DNA of 63,931 nucleotides, filler included, from Octopus bimaculoides (taxonomy: Eukaryota), in assembly GCF_001194135.2 (NCBI RefSeq). It is 6 parts of 5 records of this genome, joined end to end, with 100 filler letters (N's around TTAATTAATTAA, not from the genome) between each part and the next. Parts side by side here need not be neighbours in the genome. Positions count along the whole stretch, not along the records: positions 43,256 to 56,409 come from NC_068990.1; positions 56,510 to 61,360 come from NW_026374476.1; positions 61,461 to 63,931 come from NC_069008.1; 3 more parts are not named here. One strand, 5' to 3'. Positions 53,612 through 63,931 of this stretch are shown in pieces. Numbering within the stretch: position 1 is the stretch's first letter; each line of letters begins with the position of its first letter. A program made the translations under genes and the position numbers. Below the pieces are notes generated by a model. The model saw only the letters and a list, made by a program, of their open reading frames with translations, searched no databases and was not told the origin of the DNA.

Positions 53612-54024
53612 CGAGGATGGGCACCGTTAATCGAAAAGTTAACTTCGATAACCATTAATCCGTTGACCAAAAAGTTAACTTCGATAACCATTAATCAGTT
53701 AACTATCTCGTAAGGTAACGGAAGTTATAGACAAACCGTTAACGTTAATTTTTATTATAGAAAAAAAATCAGTTCTTTGCTCTAAAACTACTAAAAAAAC
53801 CCTTTAAAAAGTGTCAAAACTATAAAATCCGTTAGCTTCAATTCAATTGAAGTTAACGGAAGTTAATTCAAGTTGACTTGAGTTAACGGGAGTTAAATGT
53901 AAAGGAAGTTAATTAGTTCAATAATGATTTCCAAAGTTAACTTAAAAGTTAAAGCGTTAACGAAAATGCTAACTTCGTCAATTAACGATTAACGGATTAA
54001 TGGTTCGGTTGGTGCCTAGGTTTG
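53612..54024. mobile_element. hAT-type MITE with GTTAAC-rich subterminal repeats
   Basis: Perfect 8-bp TSD TAAATTAG (53604-53611 and 54025-54032); termini ..gggcacc / ggtgcc..; many gttaac motifs. Confidence 0.8.
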
Positions 54025-54590
54025 TAAATTAGGCTTTATATAAAATAAGGGTGGGAAGATGCGACTATAGGTGAAGAAAAGATGAGCACTAAAATAATGT
54101 GCAATCAGATCTACTCATTAAATCCCCACTAGCCAAGCAAGGTAAAACAAACAGTAGAGCAAGAATTGGCAATAATAAATTAATAGTTCAAGCAAGTAAT
54201 AAAGAGACTAGAGATAGACAAACAATTATAGATGACAGGAAATTATTTATTTGAGATGTCACGTATACAAATTCATATTTTAGAAAAATAACACTTTACA
54301 GCTGTTTCAAAGATTCTGTAATGGCGATGCTATAATGATGTATTCAACTACTTTTCGATGTCTGTTTGAATTACAGAAACAACAGTGCTTCGATAGGGTC
54401 GGTAATTGCCTGACTGAAACTATGTTTGTTCATTGTTAGATACTTTTGCGTTTTTATTAAACGCTCTTTGCTAATTGATTTGCATAATAGAATAATTTGC
54501 TTTATAACAGTGACACATTTATTCACTGAGATTATACACATATACATGCATACACAAACACACACACACACACACACATACATGCATGTA

Positions 54591-54625
<35 letters not shown>

Positions 54626-54731
54626 GCATACATACACACACACACTTATACATGGTATATATGATATATATATACATATATATGTATATCTATCCATCTA
54701 TTTATTATATATATGATACATATTATATTAT

Positions 54732-54770
<39 letters not shown>

Positions 54771-55226
54771 GTGTACACCCCTTTGGCTCTCTGTCTATCA
54801 TATATAATAAATAAAAATATTATATAGACACTCATGCATACACACACATGCACGCACACACACACATTTGCATATATATGTGTGCATGCATGTGTTAATG
54901 CAAGCTACGAACTATATGAACAGAAAGACAAACACACACAAACACTCGGAGACTTCTTTGAAAATAATTACATCTCCACATTCACATACGCACTGACTTT
55001 CTTAATTATGCAAAATTACCTTCACACACATAAAGACACACATACGCAGACTCACACATGTACATCCACACAGCCAAGCAAGGTATTAAACACTAATAAC
55101 AACATATATACAACCACAAACATATACCCACACATACGCATACCGCGTAAAACTAATTTGCAGACACCAAGACTCCGAAGTTGCCAAAAGAAATAATTAT
55201 TGCAAACCTGCCTCTGTACTTTCCAG

Positions 55227-55307
55227 TTATTCCGTAGTCTCTCAGCCATTCAATTCCGCACATATGTTAAAGACGGAACCATTGATAATTCATTAGATCT
55301 CCAATAA
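55227..55307 (+). other. Candidate terminal exon LFRSLSAIQFRTYVKDGTIDNSLDLQ* (duplicated at about 55605-55685)
   Basis: Acceptor cctctgtactttccag; phase-compatible with the 47854-47897 candidate; no homology recognised. Confidence 0.25.
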
Positions 55308-55466
55308 TTACTTATTAATTAACCATCCGTCGTCTCGTTATCTATTTCTTTCTTCCCTCTCTATTTGTCTGCCCAATTGTCTCTCTCTCTCTCTACATAG
55401 ACACACATGCACACACATATATATAGTACGTATATGTAATATACATATATAAAACGTATATGTATG

Positions 55467-55497
<31 letters not shown>

Positions 55498-55500
55498 ATA

Positions 55501-55535
<35 letters not shown>

Positions 55536-56357
55536 NNNNNNNNNNNNNNNNNNNNNNNNNNNNNNNNNNNNNNNNNNNNNNNNNNNNNNNNNNNNNNNNN
55601 NCAGTTATTCCGTAGTCTCTCAGCCATTCAATTCCGCACATATGTTAAAGACGGAACCATTGATAATTCATTAGATCTCCAATAATTACTTATTAATTAA
55701 CCATCCGTCGTCTCGTTATCTATTTCTTTCTTCCCTCTCTATTTGTCTGCCCAATTGTCTCTCTCTCTCTCTTTCTCTCTAACACATTTGTTTTATACCT
55801 ATCACATATCTACACTCTCCAATTATTATCACTTTATAATATTGGTGAACCAAATCAATTTCTTTCTCTCTCTGTCTCTATTTCTCCCCATCTCCTCCTC
55901 TCTATTAGTCCTTCCGGTTCTCCCTCCCCATCTCTCCCTCTCTCATTCCTCATTTTCTCACTTAATTAATGCTATTAAGCCACATGAAAGTAAATACGTC
56001 TATTAAACACGGGCATCTATTGTCTAAGGTGGCAGTATACTTTGGTAAGGAAATATTTATCTAAAAACTTTGTAAGTTCACATAAGTACACATACCATAC
56101 AAGCTTGAAACAAAGAACGTAATCGTTGTGAAAACGATTTGAGATGTTTGAAAGTAGCTACACACAGCATATGCGTCTATCAACTTTTATATGTGTAAAG
56201 CACTGAAGCTTTTGTAAAGCCATGAGGCTCACGACATCCCATTCTCATTTCACTTTATTTACATCTATTAAGAAGTTTAATGCGACTGAGAAAGTCTGAC
56301 TGGCTTATGCACATACATACATACATGATTGTACAAACATCTACACGTCTACATATA

Positions 56358-56409
<52 letters not shown>

Positions 56410-56510
56410 NNNNNNNNNNNNNNNNNNNNNNNNNNNNNNNNNNNNNNNNNNNNTTAATTAATTAANNNNNNNNNNNNNNNNNNNNNNNNNNNNNNNNNNN
56501 NNNNNNNNNA

Positions 56511-57120
56511 ATAAGTAAGATAAAATATCAAGGTATATATGTGTGTGGTGTGTGTGTGTGTATATATATATACACATATGTGCGTGCGTGTGTGTATACA
56601 CATTTGTGTGTGTGTGTATATACATGTGTGTGTGCGTGTGTGTATATACATGTGTGTGTGCGTGTGTGTATATATACATGTGTGTGTGCGTGTATGTGTG
56701 TGGATATATTTGTGTGTGTATATACATGTGTGTGCGTGTGTGTGTGTAAATATTTGTGCGTGTGTATATACATGTGTGTGTGTGTACATGTCTATCAAGG
56801 CGGTACCCCAGGATGTCCACAGTTTCATGATTAAAATAAGTAAAAGATAAAATATCAAGTTATATATGTGGTGTGTGTGTGTGTGTGTATACATATGTGT
56901 GTGCGTGTGTGTATACACATTTGTGTGTGTGTGTCTATGTGTACATGTCTATCAAGGTGGTACTCCTGGATGTCCACAGTTTCATGATTAAAATAAGTAA
57001 AAGATTATATATGTGTGGTGTGTGTGTGTGTGTGTGTGCGTATACATGTATGTGTATGTGTGTGTGTGCATGTGTGTGTATACATATTTGTGTGTGTGTG
57101 TGAGTGTGTATACACATATG
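56511..57120. repeat. Tandem duplication (about 3 units) of a SINE tail plus (TG/TA) microsatellite
   Basis: acatgtctatcaagg.ggtac.cc.ggatgtccacagtttcatgattaaaataagtaaaagat is repeated. Confidence 0.75.
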
Positions 57121-58385
57121 TGTGGGGTGTGCATGTAACTACAACTACTAATACTACAACTCTCTCAATTGCTACTACCCCATTGTAGCCTGTCTTCGCC
57201 TATTCTTCTTAAACATCCCAGTCTCCCCACACTCCCTCCCCCCACAATAGCCATTTTGCAAGTGCTCTGTTTGTTGTTTCCGCAATGGCTCTGACGAAGG
57301 TATCATTAATATTCTTAGGTCTTTCAATTTACCTCAATTGATCAATATATATATATATATATANNNNNNNNNNNNNNNNNNNNNNNNNNNNNNNNNNNNN
57401 NNNNNNNNNNNNNNNNNNNNNNNNNNNNNNNNNNNNNNNNNNNNNNNNNNNNNNNNNNNNNNNNNNNNNNNNNNNNNNNNNNNNNNNNNNNNNNNNNNNN
57501 NNNNNNNNNNNNNNNNNNNNNNNNNNNNNNNNNNNNNNNNNNNNNNNNNNNNNNNNNNNNNNNNNNNNNNNNNNNNNNNNNNNNNNNNNNNNNNNNNNNN
57601 NNNNNNNNNNNNNNNNNNNNNNNNNNNNNNNNNNNNNNNNNNNNNNNNNNNNNNNNNNNNNNNNNNNNNNNNNNNNNNNNNNNNNNNNNNNNNNNNNNNN
57701 NNNNNNNNNNNNNNNNNNNNNNNNNNNNNNNNNNNNNNNNNNNNNNNNNNNNNNNNNNNNNNNNNNNNNNNNNNNNNNNNNNNNNNNNNNNNNNNNNNNN
57801 NNNNNNNNNNNNNNNNNNNNNNNNNNNNNNNNNNNNNNNNNNNNNNNNNNNNNNNNNNNNNNNNNNNNNNNNNNNNNNNNNNNNNNNNNNNNNNNNNNNN
57901 NNNNNNNNNNNNNNNNNNNNNNNNNNNNNNNNNNNNNNNNNNNNNNNNNNNNNNNNNNNNNNNNNNNNNNNNNNNNNNNNNNNNNNNNNNNNNNNNNNNN
58001 NNNNNNNNNNNNNNNNNNNNNNNNNNNNNNNNNNNNNNNNNNNNNNNNNNNNNNNNNNNNNNNNNNNNNNNNNNNNNNNNNNNNNNNNNNNNNNNNNNNN
58101 NNNNNNNNNNNNNNNNNNNNNNNNNNNNNNNNNNNNNNNNNNNNNNNNNNNNNNNNNNNNNNNNNNNNNNNNNNNNNNNNNNNNNNNNNNNNNNNNNNNN
58201 NNNNNNNNNNNNNNNNNNNNNNNNNNNNNNNNNNNNNNNNNNNNNNNNNNNNNNNNNNNNNNNNNNNNNNNNNNNNNNNNNNNNNNNNNNNNNNNNNNNN
58301 NNNNNNNNNNNNNNNNNNNNNNNNNNNNNNNNNNNNNNNNNNNNNNNNNNNNNNATATACACGCACACACACACATATACATATA

Positions 58386-58606
58386 TACGAAGGGGTGCTG
58401 AAAAGTTCCTAGCTTTAAGGGTGTTGCGAAGGGCCTGGTTGGACGCCCAACCTTCCGAGTTCTTTTACAGAATTCAGGAAAACTGAAAGGTTTCTACAAT
58501 AAGTGTGTGAATCCGAGAGGTGTATACGTTAAATACAATCATAATTAACTAATCCTCCTGTATTTTCTTTTACCCAGAGCCAAGAACTTTTCGGCAAACT
58601 CTGATA
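58386..58606 (+). mobile_element. Short mariner-derived MITE
   Basis: TAcgaaggggtgctgaaaagttcctagct and a degenerate inverse ending at 58606; internal KLKGFYNKCVNPRGVYVKY resembles a transposase C-terminus. Confidence 0.7.
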
Positions 58607-58708
58607 TGTACATATATGTGGTGGGGTGTATAGTTCAAATTTACAGAAAACAAAAGACGAAGACAGGTGAAGAACAACAAACAGGTGTATCGAGAAGAAT
58701 GGAAAAGT

Positions 58709-58744
58709 CTTTGACGTTTCGAGCCTACTCTCTTCGACAGAAAG
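58709..58744 (-). ncRNA. Minimal hammerhead-like motif with an A6U core (CUGUCGA)
   Basis: CUUU-CUGUCGA-A-GAG[AGUAGG]CUC-GAAA-C-GU-C-AAAG; palindromic ACGU helix III and a GUC cleavage triplet. Confidence 0.5.
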
Positions 58745-59047
58745 GATTGAAAAAAATGGAGAGAGCGAGGAAAAACAAAAAAGAAACGGAGAAGGAAAAT
58801 GTGTAGGAGAATAACGATTTAACATGGGGCTTCAACACANNNNNNNNNNTATATATATATATATGTATGTATATATATATATATATGCACAAGGATATAC
58901 ACATGTATATCCACGTATGTGTATATGTTTGTATGTTTCTATATCTCTGTGTGTGTATGTGTATATATGTGTGTGTGTGTGCATGTATGTGTATGCATGC
59001 TCGGTAAATACGAGCACACGAATGAAAGTACAGACTTCCTCACTGTC

Positions 59048-59093
<46 letters not shown>

Positions 59094-59190
59094 CATCTCT
59101 CTCCCTGTTTTACTCCACCCCTTCTCTTACTCCTCCTCCTCCCCCTATGCAAACGTCTCAAATGAGTGAACCTTCAACATAGTCTGGTGT

Positions 59191-59424
59191 AGTAGTTGTA
59201 TGCTGTCAACTTAATGTGACAGTCCCCTGAAGAGAATAATATTACTGTTGGCTAGACCTAGGAAACTGCACCCAGTGAAGGTGCTTGTCTCTCCCTTGTA
59301 AACATAAGGACACAGGAAATGTGTCAAGGCCAACAGGAAGCAGTGCAGCTTCCTAGGTCTAACCAACAGTAGTATTATTCCCTTCACGGGGACTGTCACA
59401 TTAAGTTGACAGCATACAACTACT
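59191..59424. repeat. Foldback/MITE-like element with about 81-bp arms
   Basis: 59191-59271 pairs with 59343-59424 with few mismatches; no TSD found. Confidence 0.85.
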
Positions 59425-60744
59425 TCATCGTATCACTACTGCATAAATCTCTCTGAGAGATTTAGAAATGTATTATTTCTAAAAATAGTCTGGTATACTG
59501 TGTGTCTTTTTTTCTTCTTTTTTTTTTGCCTTCTTTTGTTAATAGTCTTCTTGCTCGTTATTTTTACTTTTATTTTTTTTTTACTATTTNNNNNNNNNNN
59601 NNNNNNNNNNNNNNNNNNNNNNNNNNNNNNNNNNNNNNNNNNNNNNNNNNNNNNNNNNNNNNNNNNNNNNNNNNNNNNNNNNNNNNNNNNNNNNNNNNNN
59701 NNNNNNNNNNNNNNNNNNNNNNNNNNNNNNNNNNNNNNNNNNNNNNNNNNNNNNNNNNNNNNNNNNNNNNNNNNNNNNNNNNNNNNNNNNNNNNNNNNNN
59801 NNNNNNNNNNNNNNNNNNNNNNNNNNNNNNNNNNNNNNNNNNNNNNNNNNNNNNNNNNNNNNNNNNNNNNNNNNNNNNNNNNNNNNNNNNNNNNNNNNNN
59901 NNNNNNNNNNNNNNNNNNNNNNNNNNNNNNNNNNNNNNNNNNNNNNNNNNNNNNNNNNNNNNNNNNNNNNNNNNNNNNNNNNNNNNNNNNNNNNNNNNNN
60001 NNNNNNNNNNNNNNNNNNNNNNNNNNNNNNNNNNNNNNNNNNNNNNNNNNNNNNNNNNNNNNNNNNNNNNNNNNNNNNNNNNNNNNNNNNNNNNNNNNNN
60101 NNNNNNNNNNNNNNNNNNNNNNNNNNNNNNNNNNNNNNNNNNNNNNNNNNNNNNNNNNNNNNNNNNNNNNNNNNNNNNNNNNNNNNNNNNNNNNNNNNNN
60201 NNNNNNNNNNNNNNNNNNNNNNNNNNNNNNNNNNNNNNNNNNNNNNNNNNNNNNNNNNNNNNNNNNNNNNNNNNNNNNNNNNNNNNNNNNNNNNNNNNNN
60301 NNNNNNNNNNNNNNNNNNNNNNNNNNNNNNNNNNNNNNNNNNNNNNNNNNNNNNNNNNNNNNNNNNNNNNNNNNNNNNNNNNNNNNNNNNNNTGTGTGTG
60401 TGTGTGTGTGTGTGTAAGTGTTAGTCTGTCTGTCTGTTTGTCCCCACACTATCGCTTGACAACTGATGTTGGTGTGTTTACGTCCCCGTAACTTAGCGGT
60501 TCGACTAGGCTTGTACAAAATAAATCTTGGAGTCGATTTCTCCGACTAAAAAAACCCTTTAAGGTAGAGATATATTATCCGGATGGTTTACCATATTAGC
60601 TCTCAGTTGGTTTCCAGTTGATGGCTAACCACAACGATCAGTATACAAAGTCCGTGTCTACAGTTAGTTGTTAACCACTCCGTGAATTCTTCCGATGGGT
60701 AATTCCGTGTGCTGTACGCTGGACTGTACTGGTTGCCTGGAGTA

Positions 60745-61131
60745 TATATTAATATTAATAATGATAAAGAGTCTGGAGACTTGTACATCCACAAAAATTA
60801 TTTTATAGCTGTATACAGAATAATAATATTATAATAACCTACATATGTTTTCACTGCGGAGGCTAGGCACTGTTGCAAACGCTATCTTGTAATAATCTCG
60901 GTACAGCTTCATTTCATCAAGGTCCGTCCATGTTGGTCGTTCACTTGGAGAACGGCCAAATGGACGGACCCTGATGAAGCTGCAGGGACAATATTGCAAG
61001 GTAGCGTTTGCAAGAGTAGTCGCTGCATTAGAAACACGTGTAGGTCATTACAATATGCTGTATATGCCTTTGAGATAATTTTTGTGGGTGTACAAATCTC
61101 CATACTCTTTAGTGTTATTAATATTGATATA
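60745..61131. repeat. 387-bp imperfect palindrome (foldback)
   Basis: The two halves align as reverse complements across the whole span. The central part (ggtccgtccat / atggacggacc and tggtcgttc / gaacggcca) is nearly perfect. Confidence 0.85.
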
Positions 61132-61321
61132 AATAACCTGAAGAGGTTTCTTCTGCACTACGGGGTGTATTCGATTCCTTTATATCGTTCCCTACAGGTA
61201 AGCAGAAACGATAGTTGTACTTAATAAAGCTTCCAGTATACTCTGTCTGCCGTGTCAATCATCTAAAATATATGTATGTACATATATGTATATCTCTGTG
61301 TGTGTGTGTGTCTACACACAT

Positions 61322-61360
<39 letters not shown>

Positions 61361-61460
61361 NNNNNNNNNNNNNNNNNNNNNNNNNNNNNNNNNNNNNNNN
61401 NNNNTTAATTAATTAANNNNNNNNNNNNNNNNNNNNNNNNNNNNNNNNNNNNNNNNNNNN

Positions 61461-61498
<38 letters not shown>

Positions 61499-61635
61499 TT
61501 TGTTATGAACATGAATAAATAAATATAAAGCAGAAAATAAAGGGAAGAGAGTGGAGAAAGAAATATATAAACAAAATGGCTGTCAAAGTGGAAAAATGTC
61601 CGACGTTTTCTAAACTATATAACAAACAAACAAAA

Positions 61636-61900
61636 ATTGGCTGTGGAAGAGATGTGATTGATATTAGCGAAGAATTTAACCAATGGTCGTTCTCCTAATT
61701 GTATCGTTGGCAGAACCAATCAAAATTGATCGAATGCAATTATCCAATCAGGCAATACCGACGCGAATATACCATTATCTTGTCGGGCGACATGAGAGGA
61801 ATTCTGAGCTTCTATCAGGGAAGGTTTTCATTGGTACGTTGAGTTGCTGGAGGGGAGAGCTAAACGATCGATAGAATAGCGACAAACATTGCTTTAGCGT
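61636..61900. promoter_or_regulatory. Putative NF-Y (CCAAT-box) promoter
   Basis: ATTGG at 61636, CCAAT at 61680, 61716 and 61744, ATTGG at 61830, with locally raised CpG content. Confidence 0.45.
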
Positions 61901-62347
61901 TTTATAAATATATTTGTTTAGCATTGTTTTTCTCTTTTTCTCTTTTTCTTCTTTTTCTTGTGTCTATAGGTGGGATGTGGGTATTCGCTTTTGCCTTTCC
62001 GATTGTGTATGTATGTATGCATGCATCTGTGTAATAAAATGTGTGTTTATGAATCTGCATATATGCCTGTGTATGTATGTTATGTATGTGTGTGTTTTGA
62101 ATCTGCATGCATGACTGTATATATGTGTGTGCATGTATGGGGGATGTTTCTGTTCATGTTGTTGGTTAGCACTGGTCAAATTATTCCAGTCATGACCATC
62201 TCATCATTTTTTCTGATAATACATCCAAATTATGTACTTTCTTTCTTAGGAAAATAGTTCGTGGTTTAGACACTAGTGCCAACAGGTAGAGTAACCATGC
62301 TGCTGCTCCCCGTGGGCGGTATTTAATTTTCTTTTTTCTCTCTTCAG

Positions 62348-62373
62348 GATGTTTTATGTGCCATCAAATGTTT
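62348..62373 (+). other. Candidate 26-nt micro-exon
   Basis: Very strong acceptor ttttcttttttctctcttcag and donor |gtgaga. Confidence 0.3.
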
Positions 62374-63428
62374 GTGAGAGACAGACAGTGTATTTGTGTA
62401 TGTGTATATGTGTATACATGTATATGAAAGAGGGGAAAGAGAGTGAGAGTTTTGTGTGTGTGTGTGTGTGTGTGTGTGCATGCGTGTGTATGTGTATATG
62501 TGTGTGTGTAAGTGTGTGTATGCTGTGCCAGATTTACCATTGTGCTTAGGTGTGCTTAAGCAGGGGGTCTCCTGTCCATTTAGGGAGTCTCGTAACGGGG
62601 CCCTGTCTACGTAAGGGGTTTCATAACTTAACTAGCTCAGGGCCCCATTTGTCCTAAAACCGGCACTGCGTGTATGCATGAATATGAAAGAGAGAAAGTG
62701 AGTATATATGTGTATTTGTGTGTGTGTTTGTGCGTGTGTGTGTGTGTGTGCGTGTGTGTGTGTGTGTGTGTGCGCGCTTTACGGGTATGTCCTGGCGTTG
62801 AGTCGGCGGTGTCGAGTTGGTGGTGTTGAGATGGCGGTGGTGAGTCGTCCCTATTTGGTGTGAGAGAGTGTTTACATGAATTTTTTTTTTGGCGGGGGGG
62901 GGGACCTGTACGTGTATGTATGCGTATGTAACAGAATGTGTTTATGTGTATGTGTGTATATATTTCTATGTGTGATGATAGAAAGTGTCTGTATGTGCGT
63001 GCATGCTTTGCTCTTTCTTCTCCAGCTTTTCACCTTGGGTATGTATGTGTATACGTGCAAGTGTATCTATATGTGTGTTAATGTGTCTGTCTACGTATGT
63101 GGATGAGTGTCCATATAAATGTTTGTATGCGTGCCCCGGGTGTGAATATCGTTGTACTCATGTGTATATGTGTATGACTATATGATTGCGTGTTAATTGT
63201 GTGTTAATGTGTGAGTGTGAGCGTGTGCGCTTGCGTGTAATTGGGTTTTCCCCTTCAGCGTTTCTCCTCCTAAGTACTTAAGCTGCACAGGGGTAAGCAG
63301 CTGAAGGTGAAAACGTAGGAAACTGTTTTGCTACCGGCAGTAGTGGTGTTGGTGGTGGTCCGTGTGGATAGAGGTCGGTGGAGTGGTTGGGGGGATGTTT
63401 ATGTGGGGTTTCAGACGCGTGGCTCACA

Positions 63429-63464
<36 letters not shown>

Positions 63465-63468
<4 letters not shown>

Positions 63469-63682
63469 TATTCAGACAAATACATAACAAAAACACCAGG
63501 ACTTATAAATATATATAACATACAGAAAATTGCACTACTGGGTACTGCACACATTCTACGCAAAACACTTTCAATACAGTAAACATAAGAGCACCACAGC
63601 AAACCACAGCACATACCCAAGGCGCACAGAGCTGCGCTCGGTAGTGAAGTGAAAGCACGTTATAAAAATAAAACTACTGAAC
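63465..63682 (+). mobile_element. Short R4/Dong-type 3'-tail element (family B) in an AAT array
   Basis: KYSDKYITKTPGLINIYNIQKIALLGTAHILRKTLSIQ*, a 3'UTR, and (AAT)n on both sides. Confidence 0.85.
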
Positions 63683-63717
<35 letters not shown>

Positions 63718-63931
63718 TAATCCTTTCTATTATAGGCACAGAGCCTGAAATTTGGGGTAGGGGGACTAGTCGATTACATCGACCCCAGTATTTCATTTGT
63801 ACTTAGTTTATCGACCCCGAAAGGACGAAAGGTAAAGTCGACCTCGGCGGAATTTGAACTCAGGGCGTAGCGGCAGACGAAACACAGGTAATCATTTTGC
63901 CCGGCGTGCTAACGATTCTGCCAGCTTCCGG

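Noticed and set aside
55224-55770. Identical ~170-bp duplication on either side of a gap
   Set aside because: Perfect identity flanking an N run is typical of an unmerged contig overlap or haplotype artefact.
49640-57300. Isolated CTGAAGA/CTGATGA/CTGACGA words (about 49640, 53013 and 57290)
   Set aside because: No downstream helix II plus GAAA, so these are not hammerheads.

Overview
AT-rich, repeat-dense animal genomic DNA from a gapped draft assembly. About a fifth of the window is N, and five artificial TTAATTAATTAA join spacers are present. The SINE families and the dense (AAT)n, (CA)n and (TA)n microsatellites point to an octopus/cephalopod genome (inference). Almost all ORFs in the supplied track are microsatellite or gap artefacts. 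The only host gene I can identify is MGAT2 (GlcNAc-transferase II): two spliced + strand exons at 20017-20116 and 25177-25307. I could not find its other exons. The rest is transposon-derived: R4/Dong-type RLE retrotransposons sitting in AAT microsatellites, a Penelope-like GIY-YIG fragment, RTE tails, several tRNA-derived SINE families, mariner, piggyBac and hAT derivatives, a Chapaev3-like transposase relic with an intron, and a solo LTR. The most striking observation is three minimal type-I hammerhead-ribozyme folds with palindromic helix III and three different cores. One (48877-48927, minus strand) has the C3-G8 core pair swapped to G3-C8. Also notable are non-autonomous AAT-targeted elements, a tandemly repeated H-type pseudoknot in a SINE, a 387-bp foldback and a cluster of five CCAAT boxes. 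All family assignments come from motif recognition, not database searches.
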